This document shows, one piece after another, positions 17,453-27,666 of a stretch of 64,000 nucleotides of DNA (positions within the stretch are counted from its first letter, which is position 1; each line of letters opens with the position of its first letter). The position numbers and the translations under genes were made by a program. Source of the DNA: a virus; the IMG/VR virus record IMGVR_UViG_3300042452_000786, positions 1-64,000 of that record. One strand, given 5' to 3'. The notes below the pieces were generated by a model, which did no database searches, was not told the DNA's origin, and saw only the letters and a list, made by a program, of their open reading frames with translations.

Positions 17453-17642
17453 AGATCAACCGGACTGGGTCTGCAACAACTGCAATGAACAGTTTGGAAA
17501 ATGGTGGGTCGATGATCAATACATCGGCCCTTCTTCTTATTACGCCACGTACCACTCAGGTCCCTGTGAAGTCTGTAACCAAGTCAAATACGTTACAGAA
17601 GCCAGGGATTTTGGTTATCTCAGATCTGACTGGAAGAATTAG
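17442..17642 (+). CDS. small zinc-finger protein
   Basis: CNNC...CEVC. Confidence 0.55.
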   Translation: MTSKDQPDWVCNNCNEQFGKWWVDDQYIGPSSYYATYHSGPCEVCNQVKYVTEARDFGYLRSDWKN

Positions 17643-18952
17643 CGGCTGATCTCTTCGAAGTCCATCGAAGCGTAAATGTTTGCTCCATTTGAACTTGCAG
17701 CCGCAACTAACGTCAATTCATACGGCGTGCTAGTAAACGGTTCTCGTTCCAGCTGGAACTTAAACAACGCTTCTTTAAGGATGTCAATTGTGTTGCGGGA
17801 TTGGTTGGATGCACTGGAGTAACCAGAAGCAAGGATGCGTCCGCTAGCAAACGATGTTCCTGTGATGTTGTACTCAACTGCAGAATCTACTCCGGCGCTT
17901 ACCCACGTACCGCCTGTTGTTGTTCCGCTTGCAATGACTTGCCAGTTGTAGTTAGCGTTGTTTGTAATGCCCATAATTGAAAGGGCTGTAAGAATGACAA
18001 TTGCATCTAAACGATTGGGAGAAGCTTTAAGGCGAATTGAGATTACAGGGTAGTAAGTTCCTGCTGTGGTTAAAGCATGAGGTGTAGTAATCGGAACGCT
18101 GATTGCTTTCTGAGCGCCACGTAATTCGTATCCTCCTTCTGATAAAACAGAAGAGCAAATTTGTTTTAGCGTACTGCTACTTGCTGTTGTTGCTGTGTTT
18201 TCAATCTCATAACGCAGCGGCAGAGAAGCAGTCGTAATGTACGTTGATGCAATTACGTTTGCATGTTGGAACACGTGGCAAGCAACAAACTTGCCGTCAA
18301 TAACAAAACCCAGCCGCACACTGCCAAGACCTAACCACTCAATATCCATCCACAGGATTTGAGCTTTGGTAACATCCAAAGTCATTCCGGAGATCCCCGT
18401 TCCATCCAAGGGATCAAGGTTCCAGTTGGATTGAGAAACTCGTGTTTCAGTTACTGTTCCAGTAACAATGCTGCGTTCAACAAAAGAAAGGGAGTTAGCA
18501 CCTGTGCCGTTTAGCTCCAGGTACATGCCATTGTCGTTGCCGTAATAGCCGACACGCTGTCTCAACCCTGTTTTGGCAGGGCTCATTACAAAAGTACTCA
18601 GCACCAGCAAAGATTTGCCGGGTTGGTAAGAAAAAACTTTGGTGGTTTCGCGGTAAACCCTGGAGCCAGATGTAGTCGTTACGGCTAAATCAACTAAACC
18701 TTGGTTGGCGTTAAACGTTGTTGTGCCACCAGATGCAGTAGACGTTGCCCACAGCCCGTTCTCCCGGTAACGATGGCTGGAATCAAACAGAGTCAAGGGC
18801 GTAGAAACCCGAAGGCGACCAAAAGAATCAATAGAAGAAGGTTGTGCTGCTGTACCAGAGTCAAGAATGACCCTCAGTGGTTCATCCAATAAACCGGATA
18901 CCTTAACTACCTCGTAACGAGCTTCATCTCTTGGGTCAATAATTGTTGCCAC
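17639..18952 (-). CDS. putative virion structural protein, paralog of 42843-45767
   Basis: Thr/Ser/Gly-rich beta protein with DSFGRLRVSTP, YQPGK and WNLDPLDGTG motifs. Confidence 0.7.
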   Translation of the reverse strand: MATIIDPRDEARYEVVKVSGLLDEPLRVILDSGTAAQPSSIDSFGRLRVSTPLTLFDSSHRYRENGLWATSTASGGTTTFNANQGLVDLAVTTTSGSRVYRETTKVFSYQPGKSLLVLSTFVMSPAKTGLRQRVGYYGNDNGMYLELNGTGANSLSFVERSIVTGTVTETRVSQSNWNLDPLDGTGISGMTLDVTKAQILWMDIEWLGLGSVRLGFVIDGKFVACHVFQHANVIASTYITTASLPLRYEIENTATTASSSTLKQICSSVLSEGGYELRGAQKAISVPITTPHALTTAGTYYPVISIRLKASPNRLDAIVILTALSIMGITNNANYNWQVIASGTTTGGTWVSAGVDSAVEYNITGTSFASGRILASGYSSASNQSRNTIDILKEALFKFQLEREPFTSTPYELTLVAAASSNGANIYASMDFEEISR

Positions 18953-19037
18953 GCCGCGCCTAAAAAACTATCTACTCAGTTTAACGGTTGCATTCCAGAT
19001 TAGAAAGGTTAAGCTGTCCCTGTTACTACTTCCTGTC

Positions 19038-19277
19038 ATGCGGGAATCTAAAAAGATCAGGTACAAGGGAAAGCCTTCTGAGATCCTGGAGTCTATCCTT
19101 TACGAAGGCTACGAAATTAAAAGTCTTAAGCACGGCAACACAGGCCACACTCTATACAGCTCGCCAAGCAAGGAATATGAGTGGGAAAACTGCTGGGGCA
19201 TGGATCTTCAGACAGCAAAAAACAATGTGCTGAAGTACAACCAACACCTGACTGAAACAAGTTCGGTGCCAGGGTGA
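19038..19277 (+). CDS. hypothetical protein
   Basis: ATG ORF. Confidence 0.5.
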   Translation: MRESKKIRYKGKPSEILESILYEGYEIKSLKHGNTGHTLYSSPSKEYEWENCWGMDLQTAKNNVLKYNQHLTETSSVPG

Positions 19278-19323
19278 AACGCCCGTAGAATCAACACTGT
19301 ATCGATTTTGTGGTAGCTGAGAA

Positions 19324-19584
19324 GTGGTTCGCCCGGTGATGACTGATCTCATGGATGACCTGGCAATGGACATCCATGCTTATCTTCTTGAAATTTCTAC
19401 CGAATACCAAGGAAATAACTACGTCCTGATTCCAATTACGGATGTCGTTAAGAAGTTTCAACGGAATCACCGCACCATTCAGCGGCGCATTGGTGCGCTT
19501 AAAGATGAAGGGCTTCTTGTTCCTGTCATCCGCAAAAACACGATTGCGCTCTACCACGTTAAAGAACAGGAGGACCAACCATGA
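19324..19584 (+). CDS. winged helix-turn-helix protein
   Basis: ITDVVKKFQRNHRTIQRRIGALKDEGLL. Confidence 0.7.
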   Translation: MVRPVMTDLMDDLAMDIHAYLLEISTEYQGNNYVLIPITDVVKKFQRNHRTIQRRIGALKDEGLLVPVIRKNTIALYHVKEQEDQP

Positions 19585-19886
19585 CGGATAAGCCGAGTGA
19601 TAGCAGTCATCTTGAAGCTCTTTCGTTCCTCCTTTCTTCTTTTACAGACAACGGCAGATCGCTTAGAGCATTTACAGCTAACCCTCAGGAACTGGCTATC
19701 ACAATCTTGACTGCAGGTCTGCTTGCCAATTCAAAGCTGATGGTCAGCCCAGAGGATGCGGTCAAATGTGCTTTTGATATTCACTCCAGGATTCAAAGGC
19801 ACGTGAGCCAGCATCAGTCGATGACGTTTGCAGCCAACATCGAGAACTGTTTTACGGGATCGCACCCTGAAGTTGAAGGCGATTGA
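19581..19886 (+). CDS. hypothetical protein
   Basis: AGGAGG Shine-Dalgarno, ATGA coupling. Confidence 0.6.
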   Translation: MTDKPSDSSHLEALSFLLSSFTDNGRSLRAFTANPQELAITILTAGLLANSKLMVSPEDAVKCAFDIHSRIQRHVSQHQSMTFAANIENCFTGSHPEVEGD

Positions 19887-20277
19887 CGCTGTGACCTTCT
19901 CGGGATAGCAGCTTCATTGATCCTGCTGTTGCCTTTAAGGATTTTCTTAGGCTGCGGCACGCTGCTTCTGGATTGGTGTGGTCACCGCAGGTAAACGCGT
20001 CAATTGCTGCGTATCCGTGCTCAGGCCAGGTGTGAATTGAGAGGTGTGATTCGGATAAAAGGGCAACCGCAGTCACCCCCTGGGGTTCAAATTTATGGGA
20101 AACCATGCCCAAAAGCGTTGCGCCAGAAGCGTCTGCTGCTTGCGTCATGGCTTCCTTGATGAAGGCTTCATCATCGAGCAGGTTCGGATCGCCGCCCTGT
20201 AACTCGTAAATGCAATGCCGTCCTACAACACCAGGAACTTCATACACCTCTGCTGAACCATGCAATTTTCTCTCCAT
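19852..20277 (-). CDS. speD: S-adenosylmethionine decarboxylase proenzyme
   Basis: HKFEPQGVT..LLSESHLSIHTWPE.GYAAIDAFTCG; start trimmed relative to the track ORF. Confidence 0.93.
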   Translation of the reverse strand: MERKLHGSAEVYEVPGVVGRHCIYELQGGDPNLLDDEAFIKEAMTQAADASGATLLGMVSHKFEPQGVTAVALLSESHLSIHTWPEHGYAAIDAFTCGDHTNPEAACRSLRKSLKATAGSMKLLSREGHSVNRLQLQGAIP

Positions 20278-20355
20278 TTTACGCAGGGTGTATCGATCTA
20301 AAACGTAGACAGGCACTGGTTTAGGCGGTACCTTTTGTTGAACTGCTGCACCCTC

Positions 20356-21267
20356 ATGCCCCCTGCGTTGCTTGAAATTCCTGCAGCAGTTCTTGGAAGA
20401 GAAGAACTGGAGCGCAAAATTCATACAACGTACGATCGGACTGCATCGTATAAGCAGTTCGTGGATTATCGATCGGAAGGAGATACCCGGCTCCAGGATA
20501 ATATCGGAAGGCTGTACCGAACTCCCTACGGTGCATTGGCATCCACTACCACAATCTTGAGTGCTACTGGTGGTAACAAAGCTGCTCTTGAACGTTGGAA
20601 TCAGAAAAACCCGGGTAAACGAGAGGAGGCGGCAAAGCGTGGAACTCTTGTACACTCTTACATGGAGCGGTACATGCTGGGAGAGCGCAATTTTGAAATC
20701 GATTCTGCTGTTGAACCGTTTTGGCGAGACCTTCCTAAAAACCTGGATAAACTGGGTCGTTGTATTTGGGCAGAAAATCCTCTCCACGATGCGTTTCCTT
20801 GGTGCGTAGGAGCAGATGGCATCTCCAGGGTGTGGCATCCTGGTCGATGCGAATCCGAGGTTCGTGGCTGGGCCGGGGCGCCAGATTTAATTTTTGAATA
20901 CAAAGGTAAAATTGTATTAGGAGATCTAAAGACAAGCGCAAACCGATACTACGCACGCTGGCCAGGGCCTGAAACACCAAAATCGGAATACGGCTTGAAG
21001 CGTGCAGGATTCCTCAAGTACGAAAAGTGCCAACGTCAAATGGCTTCCTACGCTTTAGCGTGTGAGCACACCATCGGCATTAAGCCCGAAATCTTAATGA
21101 CCTTTGTGTGTACAGAAGAAACTACTCAAGTATTTGCTATTCAAGGCTCTACAATCGACAAGTACAAAGAAAAATGGTGGGACACTGTAGATAAGTTTTA
21201 CGATGAACTCAGCAACAAAAAGCTAAACGAAATTGACATGAAAGTTGTTGATGGAGATAAAGGCTAA
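20356..21267 (+). CDS. PD-(D/E)XK exonuclease
   Basis: STTTILS, RGTLVH, AGAPD...GDLKTS, QMASY. Confidence 0.85.
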   Translation: MPPALLEIPAAVLGREELERKIHTTYDRTASYKQFVDYRSEGDTRLQDNIGRLYRTPYGALASTTTILSATGGNKAALERWNQKNPGKREEAAKRGTLVHSYMERYMLGERNFEIDSAVEPFWRDLPKNLDKLGRCIWAENPLHDAFPWCVGADGISRVWHPGRCESEVRGWAGAPDLIFEYKGKIVLGDLKTSANRYYARWPGPETPKSEYGLKRAGFLKYEKCQRQMASYALACEHTIGIKPEILMTFVCTEETTQVFAIQGSTIDKYKEKWWDTVDKFYDELSNKKLNEIDMKVVDGDKG

Positions 21268-22184
21268 TGAAAGAGAAAAAATATAACTATGTTTATGCTG
21301 TTATCAATTTTGATCAGCGCCTTGCTTATATTGGCTCCAGAGGTAGCAATAAACCACCCCTGGAAGACTCCTACATGGGCAGTTTCAAAAAAGACTCAAA
21401 GTTTGTACCTGTTAAAAAAATTATCCTTAGTGAACATCCTGCAAGAAAAGAAGCTTATGATGCCGAGAGAGAATGGCAAATAAGGTTCAATGTGGCAAAA
21501 AGTAAACTCTTTGTTAACAGAGGTATCCTGACTTCTTCGGGTTTCAGTAACGCTGGAAATATCGGAGGCATCGGGCACATGAAAGGAAAAACGCACACAA
21601 AAGAAACAAAAAGACAAATTAGAAATAAAATGAAAAGCCGATTTAAAAATGTAACAGTCAAAAATATTGATACAGGAGAAGTGTTTAGTTTTGACTCTAT
21701 CGGCCAAGCGTCTCGCGAGTTGAAGATTTCCTCTACTCAGTTAACTTTTTTGTTGCAAGGCAAATACAAAAGAACTCACAATTACTGCCTTGAAAACACT
21801 GATACAAGCATTTTTGAAACAAAGTTTGTTTTAAAGAACTCCACTACCGGAGAACTTGTTGAGGCTACATCTCAAGCTGAGATGGCTAATAAAATTGGTG
21901 CCGGCTCAGGAAGCGTGTCCCGTGTCTTCAGCGGTTTAAGGCTTTCCGTTAAAGGTTATTGTTTACCGGAAACAGACGTTAGCTTGCTTGGTATTAAAAA
22001 CCGCACTATAAAATTATTCAATACTTGCACTGAAGCAGTTGAAGAATTTAAGGGAGTTACTTCAGCCGCTAAGAAAATTGGCGTCAGCCACTCGTTGGTG
22101 TCAATGGTATTGAAAGGAAAGAGGCCGCGAGCGGGTAATTACGTGCTCTGTCCGGTGTTTAAAGGCGGGGACTCACAGGACTAA
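21267..22184 (+). CDS. free-standing GIY-YIG homing endonuclease with NUMOD3 and three NUMOD1-like repeats
   Basis: YVY...YIGSR, GKTHTKETK, repeated F.S...A.R.L.I; AT-rich. Confidence 0.85.
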   Translation: MKEKKYNYVYAVINFDQRLAYIGSRGSNKPPLEDSYMGSFKKDSKFVPVKKIILSEHPARKEAYDAEREWQIRFNVAKSKLFVNRGILTSSGFSNAGNIGGIGHMKGKTHTKETKRQIRNKMKSRFKNVTVKNIDTGEVFSFDSIGQASRELKISSTQLTFLLQGKYKRTHNYCLENTDTSIFETKFVLKNSTTGELVEATSQAEMANKIGAGSGSVSRVFSGLRLSVKGYCLPETDVSLLGIKNRTIKLFNTCTEAVEEFKGVTSAAKKIGVSHSLVSMVLKGKRPRAGNYVLCPVFKGGDSQD

Positions 22185-22323
22185 TGGTGAGACGGGAAAA
22201 TGCAGATGCATTCCCCGTACATTGGAAGGACAGAAAGACTACAGGATCGATGGCTGCCACGGGCTGCGCCAGGGGCTACTCTCAATCTGATGTCAACCCT
22301 CAAAAGCTCGAAATAAAGACATC

Positions 22324-24927
22324 GTGACGACAGCAACCCCGGAGCCACAGCGTCCAAGGAAAGGTCTCAAGCCTGGACAGATTGATCTCAGTCTGATACC
22401 GGTTGATTGGGCGCTTACTCCGCTGCGGGATAAGCGTGCATACGTTGCTGGTTGGACATCTCAACCTTTTTCCATTGAGCAAATCCGCAAGGAGCTGGAT
22501 GAAGGGCGTGCGACTGGGGTTGGCCTTCTGAGTGGACAGTGGTCCAATGAATACGCGCTTGTTTGGGTTGATATTGATGGTCCGGATGCCATCCCAGCCT
22601 TAGAAGAGCTGGCTGGTGGTCAACTTGATGTTATTTTCCCGCCCACACTGACTGTTTCATCGGGTAAGCCCGGCAGGCAGCGGATGCTTTACAGCGTCCC
22701 GACAGCCAAAATTCCGCTGTTGCCGGATAAAGCAACAATCAAAATCGGAATTCCGTCGTTTGAAATCCTGTTTCGCTCCAGGCAAGGAGCAATCATGGGT
22801 GTCCATCCTGAAACGGAAGGATACTATACAACAACCCACGGTGGCTTTGAGTTTGCTAAGAATCCTCCGGAGCTGCCGGAGTGGATGTATGCCGCAATTG
22901 GTCGTGCTTTTCCCACCAACAAGTACCGCAAACCTGTAACCGGTGGTGTAGTAACTCAGAGCATCAACATTCACTACGAGGATGGCTCTAAGTTCCAGAT
23001 GGAAGAAGCCGTCAACGAGGCCAAGGTTTACCTGGAGCACCTTGACCTTGAACGGGCTATCGATTACGAAGAGTGGTTAGCCGTAGGTATGGCTCTCCAC
23101 CAGGTGGATGATTGCTTGCTCAGTTCCTGGATTGAGTGGTCTGCTCAGGCAGAGAACTTTGAGGCGGGTGCTTGTGAAGATAAGTGGCGCACATTTGAAC
23201 GGCTTCCAGGTGGTCCAAGTCCTGAAGGTGCTCGTGGTCTGCAGACGCTCAGGGCAAAGGCAAAGGAAGATGGTTACTTAGAGCTTGGTGGTTTTGTTGT
23301 TGAATCACCTGAAACTCTTGCACAGCGTGCTCAAGAATTGTTTGGTGAAGAAGGAGAAGGCGAAGAAGGTGCTTTTGTTCCTGGTATTGCTGGTCTTTTT
23401 CAACGGAACATGCGGCATCTTTTTGGTGGCCCTGATGAAGATGAGGAAGAGGAAATCAGGAGCACTGCAAAAGGACGTGGTCGTCCAAAAACTCCACCGT
23501 CGTCGGAGCTGGCAAATCTTGTTACCGGAATGGTTAATGAGATTGGTTGGAGGTACGACCCCAAATACGACACCTTTATGTTCTACCACCGCGATCGTGG
23601 TATCTGGCGTCGTGAAGACTATGCTCAAGAATTTAAGCACACGGTTCAAGATCTGTTTATTCGTGAAGCAATCCCCACGCCAAGTGGTTTTACCTCTCAC
23701 TTAATCAATGACGTTGTCAACCTGACTCAGGCGTACATCTCGCAGCCTGATTGGAATGACGACGACGACATGCTGGCTTTCAGTAACGGTGTCCTAGAGA
23801 TCAGTACCGGTGAATTTTTGGACCACGACCAGGAAAACTACCTGACCTGGGGTTTGGATTTTGATTATGATCCCAGTGCTGACCCTGGTCCCATCATTGA
23901 TTGGCTGCGTCGGACGCAATACAACGATGAGGATCGGGTCCAGGTGCTCAGGGCCTGGTTAAGAGCTTGTCTGCTTGGGCAAGGTCACGAGCTGCAGCGT
24001 TTCATGGAGGTCATTGGTCCGGGAGGTCGTGGTAAATCGACTTTTGCTAACCTCTGCTGTGCTCTTGTTGGCTCAGGCAATTACGCCAGTACAACGTTGA
24101 ACCAGCTGGAGCAGAGTCGGTTTGAGGTGGCATCTATTAAAGGGAAGCGGCTGACACTGATCAATGACTCGGAACGTTACGGCGGTTCTGCTCAAATCTT
24201 TAAGGCCCTGACCGGTGGTGACAATCTTCGCTTTGAAGAAAAGAATAAGAATGTGGGTGAACCGTTTGTGTACACCGGCATGGTTATGGTCTGTGCCAAC
24301 GAACCAATTCAAACTACAGACAATACTTCGGGTCTTACCAGGAGGAGGCTGACGCTTGAGTTTAATCGTCCCCTCTACGATAAAAACTCGGAAGCCAAAG
24401 AGATGATTAAGCTCGATAACGGTATTGTAAGAGGCTTATGGAAGAATTATTTACCCGGCTTGGTGAACTGGGTTCTGCAGATGACCGACAAAGAAATGCG
24501 GGAATATCTGTTGGATACTTATGACAAAGTCCCATCGTTGCGTCGCGTCAGGAATGAAATCCTACTGAACAGTAACAACTTGATTGAGTGGCTGCAGTCA
24601 GAAGTTGTGCATGCTCCAGATCACACCTCTTCTGTTGGTAAGAAGATTCCAGCAGCAAAGGATGCTCCAGAGCGGTACAACAACAGCAATCACCACCTGT
24701 ATGCAAGCTACTGTTCTTACGCGGAAGATACTGGTAGTAAGCCAGTGGGCCAGAAACGATTTATTGCTTTGCTGTTAGATTGTTGTGTCAACCAGCTTGG
24801 CCTGAAAGATGTGCGTCAGTTCAGCAAGCAAGGTCGTCCATTTATTAAAGGACTTGCTATCCGAGCTGGAGATACCAAGTTTCAGGATTATCCGACTATT
24901 CTTCCTGAAGGAATGAAGGATTTGTAA
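22324..24927 (+). CDS. primase-polymerase + PriCT-2 + D5-type SF3 helicase
   Basis: VDID primase motif, DYEEWLAVGMALH PriCT-2, D5_N FSNGVL, Walker A GPGGRGKS. Confidence 0.92.
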   Translation: MTTATPEPQRPRKGLKPGQIDLSLIPVDWALTPLRDKRAYVAGWTSQPFSIEQIRKELDEGRATGVGLLSGQWSNEYALVWVDIDGPDAIPALEELAGGQLDVIFPPTLTVSSGKPGRQRMLYSVPTAKIPLLPDKATIKIGIPSFEILFRSRQGAIMGVHPETEGYYTTTHGGFEFAKNPPELPEWMYAAIGRAFPTNKYRKPVTGGVVTQSINIHYEDGSKFQMEEAVNEAKVYLEHLDLERAIDYEEWLAVGMALHQVDDCLLSSWIEWSAQAENFEAGACEDKWRTFERLPGGPSPEGARGLQTLRAKAKEDGYLELGGFVVESPETLAQRAQELFGEEGEGEEGAFVPGIAGLFQRNMRHLFGGPDEDEEEEIRSTAKGRGRPKTPPSSELANLVTGMVNEIGWRYDPKYDTFMFYHRDRGIWRREDYAQEFKHTVQDLFIREAIPTPSGFTSHLINDVVNLTQAYISQPDWNDDDDMLAFSNGVLEISTGEFLDHDQENYLTWGLDFDYDPSADPGPIIDWLRRTQYNDEDRVQVLRAWLRACLLGQGHELQRFMEVIGPGGRGKSTFANLCCALVGSGNYASTTLNQLEQSRFEVASIKGKRLTLINDSERYGGSAQIFKALTGGDNLRFEEKNKNVGEPFVYTGMVMVCANEPIQTTDNTSGLTRRRLTLEFNRPLYDKNSEAKEMIKLDNGIVRGLWKNYLPGLVNWVLQMTDKEMREYLLDTYDKVPSLRRVRNEILLNSNNLIEWLQSEVVHAPDHTSSVGKKIPAAKDAPERYNNSNHHLYASYCSYAEDTGSKPVGQKRFIALLLDCCVNQLGLKDVRQFSKQGRPFIKGLAIRAGDTKFQDYPTILPEGMKDL

Positions 24928-25146
24928 AGGGTGCGCCCGGATGTGGTCAGGATCGCCGCCATCGAGTCACCAGTCCTTCGTTGCCATCATAGGAGTCCTT
25001 TCGGCTGGGCTCAGCGGTTGCGGGTGAACTGATCGACAAACCACGCCTGGTACTCAGCGGGTTTGGTGGCTGCTTCCAGGATGACCTGGCGCTGCTCAGG
25101 CGACACTTGATACGTGTCCAATAATTGAAGAACGCGGGAGGAGGGG

Positions 25147-27114
25147 TTAGAACAGGTCATTCCAGGTCGATCCGTTATGGCACTGCAGCTTATTAGTCGT
25201 TTGGTCGTAGTACACGTCGCCCGCTTGTGCTGAAGCGGGAGTGTTCTGAGGGATAAATCGCACTTGGCCAGATTGCTTAATCCGAAGACGTTCAACGGCA
25301 GTGGTTGATCCAGAGGGGGTGGTTAAAAACTCTATTCTTCCGGGACAGCTATTGGCGGCCGCGACTCCATCAACTCTAAAATCTATTGACGTAAATACTC
25401 TGTAATCAACTCCGTCGCTTCCGCGCGAAATAACCGAGGCGATCAAATCTCCGTCAAGAACAAGACCTGGGGAGTAGGGACTTGTGGACCTCGTTTTATT
25501 GAATCTGATCCCGGCTCCGTTTACGTCGTCGCCCCAAGCCAGAAGATGAACGGGTGGGATTCCGCCGCTTGAGGCCACCGTCAACGCTGCCCCAAATGTG
25601 GCAGGTGACAACCTAACTCCGACCTTACCATCGTTATCGATAACGAATGGAGTGGCGTCGGGGGAGGCTTGATCTTCAACCACAAAAGCGTGGCCAGTTC
25701 CTGTCTGGGTGACTGTAAGCGCAGCGTTGCTGTTGTCTTCAACTAGGATGTGGCGGCGCGAGTATTCTCTTGTTAAGCGAGTAGAGGCGTCGGCATCGAT
25801 GACCTGAGTCGTGGCAGAAAGCTGACTGGGCTGCGTGAAGGCTAAAACCTGGCCAGCAAATGGATTTACAACAAAGTAACCAATTCTTGAGGTGCTTACA
25901 TTTTGAACAGCATTATTCAAGAGAAGAACGTTGACGGCATTTGTTTGGACAACTATGCCAAACTCCGTCTTGGAAGGCGTGTTTGTGTCACTGATTGCGT
26001 TATTGCTTACCGTTACGTTCTGCGAAGTGTGAACCGCAATGGCGCAAAATCGGATATTGCTGTTTTGCATGGCATTGACGATGGTGTTGCCCGCCACCAA
26101 TGCGTCCCTGGTGCCTGAAAAGATTCCAATGGCAGCCGTGTCGCAACCATAGACAGAGTTTCCAGCCAGCACCAGTCCCCTGACATCAGGCAAGTCAAAA
26201 ACTACAGGTGGCACTGCAGTGCCAGCTGTGAACTCTGAGCAGTTTCCAACCACGTTGCCTTGCACAACCAGGTTAGTCACAAAATGCGGGCTTGGGTTGT
26301 TGTAGAGAAGTGTGTAGCTGTCAACAGAAAGGTTGTTCAGGACGGCAACGTTGTCAATGTCTTCCAGAGAAATGCAGTCAAGGCCTTGGCGGTAGAAATA
26401 GCATCCTTCGATCACAGCGTTCTTGCATCGGTATGGCGCGTCGTTGGTAAAGGCAATGGCTTGCCACCTGTAGCCGTCCGAGTTGTCCGGATTTCCACCG
26501 CACTCCAGGAACTGGCAGTCTTGAATTTTAATGTCATCAATGTCTGTTGAAAGAAAAACGCTAATGCCTTCTACATTTTCAAAAATGCAGTTTCTAAGTT
26601 TTATGTTTTGGGATCTAAAGAAAGCAATTAGAGGACTTCTGTTTGTGCCAATGTTGCCCTTGTTTCCGTCAATGCGTAAAGACTCTAGTTCAATGTCTAC
26701 GAGCAGGGATGCGTTGAATAAAATCCCGGTTTGCGCAGGCCAGTTTTGAGTCGCCAGTTTAAGTATTGACTGCCCGCTCTCCCCCTTAAGATGAGTGTTA
26801 GAAATAAACGTAATTCTGCTGGCTACAATGTATGTGCCAGGGGGGAAGTAAATTGTCTTTCCTGCACAGGCATTTACCGCAGCCTGAATAGCCGCAGCGT
26901 CGTTTGTTACGCCATCGCCAACCGCTCCGAAGTCTTTTACTGACACCACATCGCGCAGCTTGCTCTCAACCGTCCGCGCAACTGCGCCGGTGCCGGACTG
27001 CGTAAAACTTAACTTTGTTGCTTCAATTGCCGCATTTACAGCAACTTGTGGATTGGTAATTGAGCTATTGCCGGGTACAGCAACTACGTCAGGTTGCTTT
27101 CCTATATATGACAC
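25147..27114 (-). CDS. tailspike with right-handed beta-helix (pectate lyase 3-like)
   Basis: VSVKDFGAVGDGVTNDAAAIQAA..IYFPPGTY; PbH1-like repeats. Confidence 0.88.
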   Translation of the reverse strand: MSYIGKQPDVVAVPGNSSITNPQVAVNAAIEATKLSFTQSGTGAVARTVESKLRDVVSVKDFGAVGDGVTNDAAAIQAAVNACAGKTIYFPPGTYIVASRITFISNTHLKGESGQSILKLATQNWPAQTGILFNASLLVDIELESLRIDGNKGNIGTNRSPLIAFFRSQNIKLRNCIFENVEGISVFLSTDIDDIKIQDCQFLECGGNPDNSDGYRWQAIAFTNDAPYRCKNAVIEGCYFYRQGLDCISLEDIDNVAVLNNLSVDSYTLLYNNPSPHFVTNLVVQGNVVGNCSEFTAGTAVPPVVFDLPDVRGLVLAGNSVYGCDTAAIGIFSGTRDALVAGNTIVNAMQNSNIRFCAIAVHTSQNVTVSNNAISDTNTPSKTEFGIVVQTNAVNVLLLNNAVQNVSTSRIGYFVVNPFAGQVLAFTQPSQLSATTQVIDADASTRLTREYSRRHILVEDNSNAALTVTQTGTGHAFVVEDQASPDATPFVIDNDGKVGVRLSPATFGAALTVASSGGIPPVHLLAWGDDVNGAGIRFNKTRSTSPYSPGLVLDGDLIASVISRGSDGVDYRVFTSIDFRVDGVAAANSCPGRIEFLTTPSGSTTAVERLRIKQSGQVRFIPQNTPASAQAGDVYYDQTTNKLQCHNGSTWNDLF

Positions 27115-27301
27115 AGCATTTCATCTTTGCTTTATTCTACTTTACAAGAACAAGACTTACATTTTTTGCAGTTCTTTTTCTTGCTCCAGGTTTTGTCTCC
27201 TGGGATTACCTCAGTCCCGTACTCAAAGTCATCGTAGTCAGTCTGGTTACGCAACCAACTTGCAAATTCCTGCATGTATTTTTTGATAAGCTGTGTCGGC
27301 A

Positions 27302-27664
27302 TCAGATAGAAAGTCTTTTGCGGTTCTGTTTTATGATTCCTGGAGATTTTTCTTGAAAGTCTTTCCAGGTTGGATATGCTTCCATGTATCGGTTTGTACC
27401 AGTGCGATTCTCCCGCATCCACCTGTCAACACTTCGATCATCAATGTAAGGAACCATATCAAAAGAAGCAGCCTGTTTTACGCCAGGTTGGCCAAATTTT
27501 CTGCGAAGATCGTCAAAAAAACCAGGTGGCGGGGGAGTCCCTGGCTTGTTCATTTTTTCTAGTACATCAGGAGGTACCTCTTGTCCAGGTGATCCTCCCC
27601 ATGCAGGCTGCTCTTGATTGCTTGCAAGAAAATTTTTCAAAAAAGCAATGCCACTATAGTCCAT
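27302..27664 (-). CDS. hypothetical protein (possibly virion-internal)
   Basis: Pro-rich; N-terminal AFLKNFLA. Confidence 0.55.
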   Translation of the reverse strand: MDYSGIAFLKNFLASNQEQPAWGGSPGQEVPPDVLEKMNKPGTPPPPGFFDDLRRKFGQPGVKQAASFDMVPYIDDRSVDRWMRENRTGTNRYMEAYPTWKDFQEKSPGIIKQNRKRLSI

Positions 27665-27666
27665 GA

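Noticed and set aside
20278-20838. Long N-terminal extension of SpeD in the ORF track
   Set aside because: It is antisense to the exonuclease gene; SpeD similarity starts near 20277
20356-21267. Cas4 / CRISPR adaptation role
   Set aside because: Lacks the four-Cys Fe-S pattern; context fits a phage replication exonuclease
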